The translations under genes were made by a program, and so were the position numbers. A stretch of 64,000 bases of DNA from Ostreococcus lucimarinus (Eukaryota), in the NCBI GenBank assembly GCA_000092065.1, contig CP000583.1; one strand, written 5' to 3'. The first letter of the stretch is position 1. Each line of letters opens with the position of its first letter. This document shows positions 39,701 through 45,907 of the stretch, piece by piece. The notes below the pieces were generated by a model that was given only the letters and a program-made list of their open reading frames with translations, searched no databases and was not told where the DNA came from.

Positions 39701-40469
39701 CGCCAAATAGTGCCCACCACGCCTCTGTGTCTTCCACTTTCGGCGGCGTCCATCCCGCGTGCGTTTTCCACGGTCGATACACCGCCCCCGAGTCGAGATA
39801 CATTGAAAAGTTTTCCAACGCCACGCGCTTGTGAATGCGTTCCAGCGACCCTCCCGCGACGAACGTCGGCTCCCCAAAATCATCCACCGTGATCGCGCTC
39901 AACTTTCCTATCGTCATTCCGCACGAAAACGTGTGCCCAGGCGTCGTGATTTCATCCTCGTACCGCACGTGTACGTTTTGCACCGTTATTTGTAAATTTC
40001 CCAGCACCGTGTTTAACGTCTTCCAAAACCAACTATCCGATCTCTCCGCCTCCTCCCGCATCGTCTTCGTCATCTTCCCCATCGCCGTCCTCAACCAATC
40101 TCGCTCTCCCTCATCGATTCGTTTCTTCTTCTCCGCCGCGTCTTCCTCCTCGTCTCGCGTCTCGTCCGCCGTCGCCGCCGCCTCCTCCATCGTCACCCTC
40201 GACGCCAGCACGAACACTCGATCGATCTCCACCACCACCGGTTCGCGTCCGAGGTTCATCCACGGCACCTTCAACCGCAGCGACCCGACGCATCCCGCGT
40301 CGACCGTCACCGGCGCGCGCAGCGTCGACAGCGCCGTTTTTTTCAGACGAACGTTTCGCAATTCGACGTCGCCGTTCCACGCGGACACGCGCAGTTTCTC
40401 GCCGTCGATGCCGTCGCAGTACGCGCCGAGCGCCTTATTCAGGGCGTCGGCGAGGTACTGCTCGAACAT
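27741..40469 (-). CDS. VPS13: VPS13-family bridge-like lipid-transfer protein (4241 aa) encoded by a single 12.7-kb exon
   Basis: The N-terminal Chorein_N is MFEQYLADALNKALGAYCDGIDGEKLRVSAWNGDVELRNVRLKKTALSTLRAPVTVDAGCVGSLRLKVPWMNLGREPVVVEIDRVFVLA, against yeast/human Vps13 MFE..VA.LLN..LG.YVEN...QL...IW.G.V.L.NL.LKK.AL..L.LP..V..G..G.L.L.IPW.NL...PV.V.I. The ORF is uninterrupted. Confidence 0.9.
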   Translation of the reverse strand: MFEQYLADALNKALGAYCDGIDGEKLRVSAWNGDVELRNVRLKKTALSTLRAPVTVDAGCVGSLRLKVPWMNLGREPVVVEIDRVFVLASRVTMEEAAATADETRDEEEDAAEKKKRIDEGERDWLRTAMGKMTKTMREEAERSDSWFWKTLNTVLGNLQITVQNVHVRYEDEITTPGHTFSCGMTIGKLSAITVDDFGEPTFVAGGSLERIHKRVALENFSMYLDSGAVYRPWKTHAGWTPPKVEDTEAWWALFGVGLVGEAPSDVRNYMLYPVTVELFYHRKGRKEQTEAGEPRQMCDLKFQDARMALSRNQYRSTVRLLEAFNQYRLRLPHAEFRPMVSVKAQPRAWWTYAKCAVSARKKNVLGTFEWRNIQETGALRREYLSIYIAEGSASNAEFINRVHEIERNIDFEVALAWRCIAHSKSKAASTDGRPPSLASKARGDVILMLKEEESEKSGYFSWMWQSSTELTAKSLEMSNDDWSKLEELMRGGVEEEDFDPKELGMEFRGSMKKLSMELTDHDDHNKERLVLNSSMIGAKILTKTYKDQSNTYFTINSWTCETTNDRILSSGVGASLRKHALEVKHNAYPLEHDLDANVDVKLSPVYIVFDGQTVDQLRNFFSSKELVQTNFALQVDEAMIKLEEAKESTTEALNKVAMTFDIHAPKVTIPVRRRGRVAFQTLVDFGHFTMVADPLDPSVSFDRKTGAPVYQTFAVASRDTAVFLAPSDFDWGNSVSTSLDQVCETLLAPCDAKMRFAMQGAGWTPEVGPRSKVQISLSAFQMYMSPSKMARVYATMQMTSSAKQSSMALSEDAGSTAAIDAKPWSDALISGAASAKKVGLVGGASGYHSRWLCIQGPYLYILEKPDAAGYIDFVRIGYSVRVTVLEDEEDGEKQNLILAIHDSKTPKSRARDTNNTWLFRFADEQEHSKWQRWLQDMNEVAVATRAVQSSTKAIVEEETSENLNRDFDEEDVVDSVLTMELGSVSVHLSGQPMGIPGAKCDGLENGGVARLLDRNLAESTEIPVAELSSTSALISVQTKEHSREFVMEVSSMDIVDKLCGTTETMRLMSAHARDDVKVRLKYKELSESSPEYNNISTTMCLDTENISFALHRPTIGSLYRMQEEIKVILAAFSSTDTEAITKVASFGGLIDEDSDRISFQMLLHFHSTVIMAYLEKEEEASSLQPLFDCCMDDLQLEMNSKAAVQEVSMSLGNLRVGDQTAPKDNAYRQFIDLNSSDASNTSRTQIDVFMYNHLASNFPGYEYDVRVKFHDVKMIVMYAFIQKLMGYTSMFTPPPLPVSALPESERNAELLRRGDPRPFTMIYAVEMERPELIFPRSSTSDQAFSMDAECIRVNNKLKWEGGKSHLDVGAVLLDSTNVSFFRCSACVWDKFKKTTSMIPERDMALDVYVRSPKWDPKSRSPSYEIVVDFLNETKVEMSDFEYRVLTALSVENFAEVVPVPQPLYQIAEIVSVESGNLNDKFGAPYMLMSMNVNKMRMVTFASAKPKRNKPLAAFQIDNMHVGYRKDKDGEMSVSVICPDLALNDLRVGIPTRAQQVFGSSHGSTSTKTLFRVDAKQSSTSYDCDVFFQDCRMMYDPQFGLAIYNFFSNTSEDESESGLVNARLRQDLNFGTRASLTLEEDFDLSSSTRILCNAPEGAKEVELNGNGRELVFHVSNTPLIYIAAARHLKLTNVRIIIPIGSELSDFVQLEADSQLSAEEVDGVVIVHENRTKSRRGSENSLATAGTSSFDYNVKASMPGVELIFLDTSSGAADYVLRMRTDAEFQYTSAESKQDAAFAFTQFQVAVSEWSSKGNMFDSSIVLRPIDIDGRMQATADDMEMMMRATDADFVLDAQSIERLTSLSKGFTATLQSTGLYNQTVSCSTFVRVGGGEGGAFFWRPVPPPGFTLLGDCVTLDETPPTRPVVVITDADGLTKAPVEFHRMCAFEGETQKSVVWRPIPPDGYCSLGCVVTSDEEPPPLDVMRCMRAEVVNEAYYSACISHKTSSAYLRQVKNGPRTFQAFADGFDPMTAADLSSPLLPEPFPLIADAEQILEDNISMDSTDMLQTVTTYDFKILWSDEKPEGSRQASIWRPRPPQGYVSLGDCLIAGPEPPTAGVLAVAEDSDIIASPIGFVLVGSIRQGDSGTHAVWRPINPQGYVSCGDVVTNDTKNPPQLTTCACLRQDLAIEVSRKGICTDPTQLAHDAIFVQDALWSAHSSHCQLWSSDPDAPLDQLPRWGLFHFSKLDKAIAPRQFRPRQSVLDYVRARANKSKGKDPNVSLKISMPRVSLVLLEREAFSYPLICATLSDTAFVVNGTSTRMDGNTMFNVAVSSYNSSRNVWEPVIDATNSYLKFSYSDTGDESAPAGTAVQVKTVTPLCMTVSQRFVASMLRWSEWQDQTTMVASGVSELRAADEDSIRYDNHLVNQDVYLRVGSSEAVCLKPGESREIRTANRHVESYALPIDDTSSPLTSSQNSEKMPVRAKWSANIHLISADVPTDDEMSQIVASMIFEFPDGLGSTKVTTRAITSNSQNSRINWNEEFQIIPRVTRASKTHWREYAKDVLVTLVIADDHNIESSENGVATKSMTLASFFSNLTVSGERSHIGEGVIKVPLVDDDGSLEVKVRVEFVELDSKREHASNDDSNQGDSEVCIAFAPHGPWKSIDARVWNAAQIIDGKSSRCIAKSSGPSVCTFKPMATFINTTSNDIEVCICPAGMHPDDKPGRASTKKRPKRIYEEVFENQRRIPLAGFSSKHLIPTERKAWSNGQGANSTNSIDEFTTRLLPADFKWDGQWEVHVGENTDSEGWAYAINLPDLKYPFSDNRQQGPLSMVRMRRWVRRRVPIEENRPVVLDAEDDAALRQSVVVKPNETVGLIPAIIGPDARAELFVRNITLRGQSSWGANVDDHGSTWSCMIHSAMEGAEIACTTDAEGKNRFIGIQVEADAVTPDCKAADDGTGFEDCELLEDGYYNLNPEAMEWKITAGAPHIITNHSPHTMTLTVFQGQVDTPLSVKAISTATITPWNSLPIHSVHPETPYYLRLALDDGFEVMVPPRRLIPVSPMAVEALASAGTLDAFDAFEMPLTDAVKTDDDATSLDEVNLRSSDGRTAVLDARTDFGFLSRSARKTVFSASLIIVNKSGVNLAIRTSTMEIPSTDEDSSISKVKMVETYAPKSKRGIQSLHHCAIRKAPKENQVIMLEVGIDNSNAHVHLSPGIPIDERELLRGAVVVRALCKDGSFYSLTVRMETGSEYSKEGAQVVFIEPRCTVTNQTGMDILLAQSSDDKDASALILKATDITVPLKMQTANDDGLVRIKLPHAKWSAPIDLYGIKTIKDSMKIPIRSSVNPEEFDLLSLHLDTSKLGVSRVSCAIEPRFTANILIENASDVDFVAFRQACAIEDNLEAWIVVPPQSAKAFAWSRPRDARKLAVRVLQKGSFQSSIQRVYDFDHLDLGTENEMLPGLPVPKIELKTTAELDIDGGDSVYFNFLPVTRRLRRGRRIVRIKSYGSSTVSKHLVSASRASSTESRISVLITESSLAIVDGAMSEIINCTTSGVGFEYLSGVGGGIERMALTVKSLQVDDMNDGSQYPVVVRLLGDTREHSFLTVKVVTKTSAGLEMRIYPFIDVTFAPLDVQLAVHEPLIWRLVNFSEVMNTTSSKDGGERLEVVNLPIAIGSFHVSELKLRLRFRSALYSRPKHAMPAFMAGMAFVNIDDGQLYLHALRVRRVRTLEQAFMRMISDSYSRQVARQALLLLVGVDVLDSFSQALSQASAGVAALSLDKKFSHSMNATLGPDAQKADSIKNGLASGTEMLAKGVFRGFTGVFRKPIEGATKGGALGFVKGVGKGLVGAVTQPIAGGLAAVGRTAEGIASGVDGVKSALGVNSSAPQHRIREPRAQHADGILRTYDANAARSQRALRTAERGKLGGGIDEVFTHKGYYGRDKYLGSVEVNSRAYLIVLTDQRVVTLKRTAADKYVALWHVGWHELLHVEVQAPANCVLHLKEYSRKKRLFEKQRITRVIKTTPGTNQPEELTAMIADEMTRRSNSKFDEDEYDDDGEPLPPYMPCVNWKCVVSRGQTCFWAPIPPVDKYIAFGHVIGGTNPPSEPVSMVLRSGGNSVVLSPPVRFELIYREQSDFTVWMPVAPARFRALGAVVVKGVEPPKKDLVTCVRTDFLTLAPFDDDASWMPEVDETMRRSDRKHFENASMWSIDNLGRTFIATRSRDCPDGRFALDVLDAHGDDDRAMI

Positions 40470-40657
40470 CGTCGCCCGAGCCGTCGCGCGCGCGCGACGG
40501 TCTGAGACGCCAGGGTGGATTAATGCGGGCAGACGGTTACAGCGGTCGGTCGGTCGGTCGGACAGCGCTGGACGGGCGCGACGCGACGCGACGCGACGCG
40601 GACGCGCGATGGAGCGCGGCGGCGGCGACGAATGCGATGTTATCTCACCGTGCTATC

Positions 40658-41431
40658 TCACTGGAGTCCCATGTCGCGCTTCAACTCGGCGAGCATGTCG
40701 TCCACGGTTTGCGACGTGACGCTCGGCGCGGGCGACGGTTTCTTCGGTTTGGGTTTCGGCGGCGGCGCGGCGCGACTAAACTCCGTCTCCGACGTGGGCT
40801 TCGGTTTCGGCGCGGCGTCCTCGAGGAAATCCACGAACTCCTCGCCGATTTCGTAGAGCTCTTCCCAGAGGGATTTCGGGGCGGCGCCGGCGGGGCGCGC
40901 GGCGTCTCGCGCGGCGAGCTCCTTCTCCAAGTCGCGGAAAAAGTCGCCAAAACCATAAAATTCTTCCTCCTCTCGCGCGCCCGCCGCGCGCGCACCGGAC
41001 GACGACGGCGACGCGCGTGACGACGACGCGCGCGGTGCTCGAGCGCCGCTCGTCGCGCGCGTCCACGCATCGCTCCAATCCGTCGCCGTCGCGCGTCCCC
41101 GGGACGTCGCCGCCGCGTCGTACGCCTCCCGCCTCGCCGGGTCCACGAGCACGTTATACGCCTCTTTCACCTCGTTGAACCGCGCCGACGCGTCGGGCGC
41201 TTTGTTCACGTCCGGGTGCAGCTCGAGCGCGCGCCTGCGGTAGGCGGATTTGATCTCCTTCGTCGTCGCTTTCGGGGACACGCCCAGGAGATTGTACAGG
41301 TGCCGCGCCGAGTCACCGCCGCGTGACGTCGACGCGGCGGCGTGCGTGGCGCGACGCGCGCGTCGCGCGGTGACGCTCGCGCGTCTCGGCGCGACGTCGA
41401 GGGCGACGGCGCGAGCGCACGCGCGCGACAT
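40658..41431 (-). CDS. J-domain (DnaJ-like) protein with an organellar transit-like N-terminus and a Pro/Lys-rich C-terminal region
   Basis: The J domain is HLYNLLGVSPKATTKEIKSAYRRRALELHPDVNKAPDASARFNEVKEAYNVL, with the HPD motif. Confidence 0.8.
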   Translation of the reverse strand: MSRACARAVALDVAPRRASVTARRARRATHAAASTSRGGDSARHLYNLLGVSPKATTKEIKSAYRRRALELHPDVNKAPDASARFNEVKEAYNVLVDPARREAYDAAATSRGRATATDWSDAWTRATSGARAPRASSSRASPSSSGARAAGAREEEEFYGFGDFFRDLEKELAARDAARPAGAAPKSLWEELYEIGEEFVDFLEDAAPKPKPTSETEFSRAAPPPKPKPKKPSPAPSVTSQTVDDMLAELKRDMGLQ

Positions 41432-41517
41432 CTCGGCGGGGCGAGGCGCGCTGAGAGGCGACGCGACGCGTCGACTGAGATTTTACGCGTCGTGACAAAA
41501 CGAGGAAAAAGTACTAT

Positions 41518-41889
41518 TTAGGCCGCCGGATCGCTCGCGCGAATGTCTCGCTCGGCGCTCGCGATGGCGTCGCGCAGCGCGCTCACGGGTGCCTTGGCGA
41601 ACAGACTCGCCGGGTACACCGCGCTGCCCCACGTCGGATGCAAAACCACCTTGCAGCACCCGCTGTTGGTGGTTTGATAATTCAAAAGCGTCACCAACGC
41701 GTCCACCTCGCCGTACACGTGTTGCGAATCGCGATTGATCATCGACAACCCGCTGCACGGATCGATGTAATCGCACCAATACCCACCCGCGCGAAGCGCG
41801 TCCGTCACGCGTTTCGCAAAGTCGACGAAGCGCTCGAGACAGAAATCCTTTTCGATGTCCACGTTTTCCCCGGTCTGCACCAAATCCAT
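41518..41889 (-). CDS. MMADHC: MMADHC (CblD)-like cobalamin-trafficking protein, C-terminal exon
   Basis: ...VDIEKDFCLERFVDFAKRVTDALRAGGYWCDYIDPCSGL...NSGCCKVVLHPTWGSAVYPASLFAKAP matches human MMADHC ...[38 protein letters not shown]...[25 protein letters not shown]. Confidence 0.7.
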   Translation of the reverse strand: MDLVQTGENVDIEKDFCLERFVDFAKRVTDALRAGGYWCDYIDPCSGLSMINRDSQHVYGEVDALVTLLNYQTTNSGCCKVVLHPTWGSAVYPASLFAKAPVSALRDAIASAERDIRASDPAA

Positions 41890-41979
41890 CTTCGTCCGCT
41901 ATCGATCGCGCGATTACCACGCGTGGTCCATCGTCAGTCGTCGTCGTCGCGCGCGTCGTCGTCGCGCGCGTCGTCGTTC
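41890..41979 (-). other. Intron of the MMADHC-like gene (90 nt, GTGCGCG...AAG)
   Basis: Splicing 41980 to 41889 joins ...FPGVDVGDMLVVPTRQ to MDLVQTGENVDIEKDF, parallel to human ...[32 protein letters not shown]. The donor is CAG|GTGCGCG. There is a CTGAC motif inside. Confidence 0.55.
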
Positions 41980-42301
41980 GCCCGCGCACCTGACGCGTCG
42001 GCACGACCAACATGTCCCCGACGTCCACCCCCGGGAACATCGCCTCCGCCTCCATCTTGTGCCGCTTCGGGCACGCTGCGTCGCGCGATCGCGCCGCGTT
42101 CGTCGTCGTCAGTCCGCGTCTCTCTCCCGTCTCTCTCGCGCGCGTCGTTCGCGTCGTTCGCGCGACCGTTTCGAGAATTCCACGCCGCGCGTTCGCGGCG
42201 CCTCGCGCGTCTTCCTCGCGCGTCGCGCGCGCACCGTGCGCGGAGTACTCCATGCCCCACACCGTCTTCGTCGTCTCGATCGCCGGCGGCGTCGCGCCCA
42301 T
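41980..42301 (-). CDS. MMADHC: MMADHC-like gene, upstream exon (start codon uncertain; candidates M1 at 42301, MEYSAHG, MEAEAM)
   Basis: The frame of ORF 41483..42301 encodes ...HKMEAEAMFPGVDVGDMLVVPTRQ before the frame is lost. Confidence 0.45.
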
Positions 42302-42327
42302 GTCTCGCGCCGTCGTCGCGTCGCGCG

Positions 42328-45300
42328 ATGGCGTCGTCGGCAGTGATGCGCGCGCGCAGTCTCGCGCGTCGCGCGCGAGTCGTCGCCGCGAGCGCGTGCG
42401 AAGCGGCGTCGCTCGCGTCTCGCGCGCGCGCGTCCGGCGCGTCGCGCGCGTCGCGCGTCGCGCGCGGCGGCGCGGCGACAGCTCGACGCGCGATGGCGAC
42501 GACGACGACGGCGACGACGACGGCGGCGCGCGCGCGCGCGACGCCGCGATGGCGATGCGCGACGACGACGGCGACGGCGAGACGCGCGATGCGCGCGATG
42601 CGCGCGGAGACGGACGAGACGACGGCGCGCGCGAGCGACGACGCGCGCGCGGTGTCGTATTGGCGAGAACAGATTCAAAACTACGACGCGAGCGCGAAGG
42701 CGTCGACGCGAGGGATGATCGCGAGACTCGATCGAGACGATCCGCTGGGCGTGGATCTGACGCTGCGAGGGGCGTCGACGCGGCATGGGGCGGGGAAACG
42801 GATGACGCTGTATGATTACGCGAGGACGGTGAAGGCGGCGCATCCGCGGAAAATATCGTTGATTCGAGTGGGAGATTTTTACGAGTGCTTGGGATACGAC
42901 GCGGTGATGCTGGTGATGCACGCGGGGTTGAATCCGATGGGGATTTCGGGGGTGCCCAAGGCGGGGTGCCCGGTGGTGAAGATTCAGGAGACGCTCGATC
43001 GGTTGACGTCGAGAGGGTACTCGTGCGTCGTTTGCGAAGAGGTGCCGCAGATGAATAGATACGGCCAACCGACGCCGCCTAAGGATCGGTACATCGCCGC
43101 GATCGTGACGCCGGCGTCGCCGAATTACGTCAAAGGCGCGGCATCGCAGGGCGAAGACGTCGATTTCGGGGATGGGAGCGCGCCACCGGTGATTGGGCTC
43201 GCGAGCAGCGCGCTCGGGTACACCGTAGTCACCGTCGAACCGGATCTGCGTCGAGTATCCGTCCTCGAGGGATTGACGGCGGAAGCCGCCGCGGCGAAGC
43301 TGTCGGCGGGCGGCATCGCGCCGCCGCTTTACAGGCACGCAAGTCTGGGAAGTGGTCACGCACAGAGCGGTCGGCACGCGGCCGGCACGAGCGCGCCGAG
43401 TCGGCGTTTACGCTGGGAGGTGCAATCGATTTTGAGCGCCGCCGAAGGCGTCGACGCGGTGAAATACAACGGCGACGTCGTGGAGAAGCTCCTAGATCTC
43501 GTGCGTTTGGATCACGGACTCGGGCCCGAAGATGCTTTCCATCGCGTGACTGTGCCTAACAAAGGCCGCCCAGCGCCGCTCTCACTCGCGACCGCGCAAC
43601 AGCTCGGAATCTTGCCGTCGCGATCCGTGCCTCCGCTCTTGACGCATCTGTTGCCCGAGAGGTCGGCACCGGCGGCGTGTCGCTCGTACTTACAAGAGCT
43701 ATTGCTTCATCCACCGCCACCTCAAACTGCGCTCGCGATTCAAGAGGCTTCGGTGCTTTTCACGAAGTCGACGTCGGCCATGCCGCAACTCGAAGTCCTG
43801 CCGCCGAGCAAAGTGGCGAAACTTTTGGCCCAACGCGAGGCGAGCCATACATTTTTCGCCGATCTCGCGTCCATGGCGCGCGGTGTCGAGGCACTGCTAA
43901 CGAACAGCAGCGCGGACATTCGTCGTGCCGGACATTTGTTGATCGATCCCACGTCTTTGAAGCTCGGCGCCAAGCTGAACGGCGACGCGCTCGCCAAGGT
44001 GTGCTCGGAGGCGAGCGCGATGATCGAAAACGTGGTGAGCGAAGACGTTCTGAATGGAATCGCAGTTGTTCGTCAGAAGAGCGATGAAGACGAAAGCGAC
44101 GACGAGGATGAGCGCGATGACGCATCTTTCGTCATGGACGGTTTAGATCAACCACTCAAGCTCCTCAACATACCGAACAGATTTATGTTTGAAAACGAGC
44201 GTTGGCGAGGCAGAGTTCGTCGCGAGCACATTCCCGAAGCGATCGATCGGGTTGAATCCGCCGCACGCGCGCTTGAAACGGCAGTGAACGAAGATTTCAT
44301 GCCAATCATCGAAAAAGCCGCGGCCGAAAAGAAGACAAAAGCGAGGAAATGTGAGTTGGAACACGACATGCGAAACAACGCGCTTTGGATGCGTCACGCT
44401 CCAAAAGATGCGATGAAAATGGACGATTTTATTCATCCGCGCGATAGATTCGGAAAAGAGGTCGCAGATAGATGGACGACGGCACGAGTCGAGCTTGCTT
44501 TGGACGATTACAGAGTTGCGACGCAAAAAGCCGCGGTCGCAGTCTCTGACACTCTCATCAACCTCGCCGACGATTTGCAGGAGCACATATCGTCGCTCGT
44601 GGGCGCGGCGACTCTTTCAACGGTGACGATTGCGATTCTCGCCCACGCAAGCAACGCCATCAACAAACGTTGGACGCCGCCAACGCTTCTTCCCGAAGGC
44701 GACACGGCGAGTCCGCTTGCGGTCGAGGGCTTGGTACCGTTTTGGATGCGACTTGATGGCGCGGAGACGGTGCCGAATAGCTTTGACATCGATGGTTTGG
44801 TTTTACTCACCGGTCCAAATATGGCGGGAAAGAGTACGGTTTTACGCTCAGTGGCCGCGCTAGCGCTTCTTGCGCAGTGTGGACTACACGCACCCGCGAT
44901 TTCCGCCCAAGTACCTCGCTTAGACTCGCTCATAGTTCGAATGGCGAGCACGGATTCCCCAGTCGAAGGTTTGAGCTCGTTTGCGGTTGAGATGCTCGAA
45001 ATTAAATCCATGCTTAGCTCTTGCACCGCTGGTAGTCTGATCATGGTTGACGAACTTGGTCGAGGCACGGAGGCTTCGCACGGCACTGCAATAGGCGGCG
45101 CAGTTGTCGAGGCGCTCGATGAGTGCGGCGCGCGTGGAATTTTCGCCACGCACCTGCACGGCATTCTGGATTTGCCGTTGCGCGTCTCGCCGTGGACGCG
45201 TCGAGCGCGCATGGAGACGGCAAAGTCGGATGATGGAAGCACGCGCCCGACGTGGAGAATGGTCCCAGGCGAATGCCGTGAGTCACTCGCGCTCCAAACC

Positions 45301-45831
45301 GCCCTTGATTGCGGTATTTCACACGCCATCGTCGCTCGAGCCAATGCATTGCTCGAGGAACAAACGAGCATCCCGCTCGTAAAGTTGAGCGACTCAGAGC
45401 AGGCGACGTTGATCGAGAAGCAAGACACCAGCCCGGAAAGACCGCGTGTCGATGGTGAATATTTGAAACTTCTCCTCGCTGAATCAACTGCGCGAGCGCT
45501 TCAACTTGAAAATGCGCAAGTGATTCACGTGGGTCCGAATCAAACGCCGCCGATTGGCTCCGCCGGACAAACGTGCGTGTACATTCTTCGCCGCGGAGAC
45601 GGCTGGTGCTATTGCGGCGAGAGCGACCATCTTCCTACGCGACTCGCGACGCATCGTCAAAGTTCCCAGCGTCTCATCGAGCTAGTGTACGTCGCGGTGC
45701 CGAAAGAAGCGGGAGGAAAGAGCGCCGCGCGCGCCCTCGAGAGCCGCGTCATCCAAGCGTTACAGCGAGCGCGCGTGCCGTTGTGGTCGGATCAAGACGC
45801 CGCACACAAACATTTTGGCGCCGCAGGGTGA
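42328..45831 (+). CDS. MSH1: Plant-type MutS homolog 1 (MSH1): MutS mismatch-binding and ATPase domains fused to a C-terminal GIY-YIG endonuclease domain; organellar presequence
   Basis: Domain I is ...MTLYDYARTVKAAHPRKISLIRVGDFYECLGYDAVM. The ABC ATPase is LLTGPNMAGKSTVLRSVAALALLAQCG...SLIMVDELGRGTEASHG...IFATHLHGI. The GIY-YIG is TCVYILRRGDGWCYCGESDHLPTRLATHRQ. The start was set at MASSAVMRARSLARRARVVAAS (ATG 42328), because the 5' part of ORF 41638.. overlaps the MMADHC gene. Confidence 0.8.
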   Translation: MASSAVMRARSLARRARVVAASACEAASLASRARASGASRASRVARGGAATARRAMATTTTATTTAARARATPRWRCATTTATARRAMRAMRAETDETTARASDDARAVSYWREQIQNYDASAKASTRGMIARLDRDDPLGVDLTLRGASTRHGAGKRMTLYDYARTVKAAHPRKISLIRVGDFYECLGYDAVMLVMHAGLNPMGISGVPKAGCPVVKIQETLDRLTSRGYSCVVCEEVPQMNRYGQPTPPKDRYIAAIVTPASPNYVKGAASQGEDVDFGDGSAPPVIGLASSALGYTVVTVEPDLRRVSVLEGLTAEAAAAKLSAGGIAPPLYRHASLGSGHAQSGRHAAGTSAPSRRLRWEVQSILSAAEGVDAVKYNGDVVEKLLDLVRLDHGLGPEDAFHRVTVPNKGRPAPLSLATAQQLGILPSRSVPPLLTHLLPERSAPAACRSYLQELLLHPPPPQTALAIQEASVLFTKSTSAMPQLEVLPPSKVAKLLAQREASHTFFADLASMARGVEALLTNSSADIRRAGHLLIDPTSLKLGAKLNGDALAKVCSEASAMIENVVSEDVLNGIAVVRQKSDEDESDDEDERDDASFVMDGLDQPLKLLNIPNRFMFENERWRGRVRREHIPEAIDRVESAARALETAVNEDFMPIIEKAAAEKKTKARKCELEHDMRNNALWMRHAPKDAMKMDDFIHPRDRFGKEVADRWTTARVELALDDYRVATQKAAVAVSDTLINLADDLQEHISSLVGAATLSTVTIAILAHASNAINKRWTPPTLLPEGDTASPLAVEGLVPFWMRLDGAETVPNSFDIDGLVLLTGPNMAGKSTVLRSVAALALLAQCGLHAPAISAQVPRLDSLIVRMASTDSPVEGLSSFAVEMLEIKSMLSSCTAGSLIMVDELGRGTEASHGTAIGGAVVEALDECGARGIFATHLHGILDLPLRVSPWTRRARMETAKSDDGSTRPTWRMVPGECRESLALQTALDCGISHAIVARANALLEEQTSIPLVKLSDSEQATLIEKQDTSPERPRVDGEYLKLLLAESTARALQLENAQVIHVGPNQTPPIGSAGQTCVYILRRGDGWCYCGESDHLPTRLATHRQSSQRLIELVYVAVPKEAGGKSAARALESRVIQALQRARVPLWSDQDAAHKHFGAAG

Positions 45832-45907
45832 GTTAGAGAAATTGAAATAGCAGTGATATGGGTTCGTTTCATTTATTCATGAAAATACATTGTGTGTGTA
45901 GATGCGG

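Noticed and set aside
41934-43377. 422-aa minus ORF and ORF 42012..42815 + over the MSH1 5' region
   Set aside because: Arg-rich junk. The MSH1 frame (42328..45831) carries the real domains.
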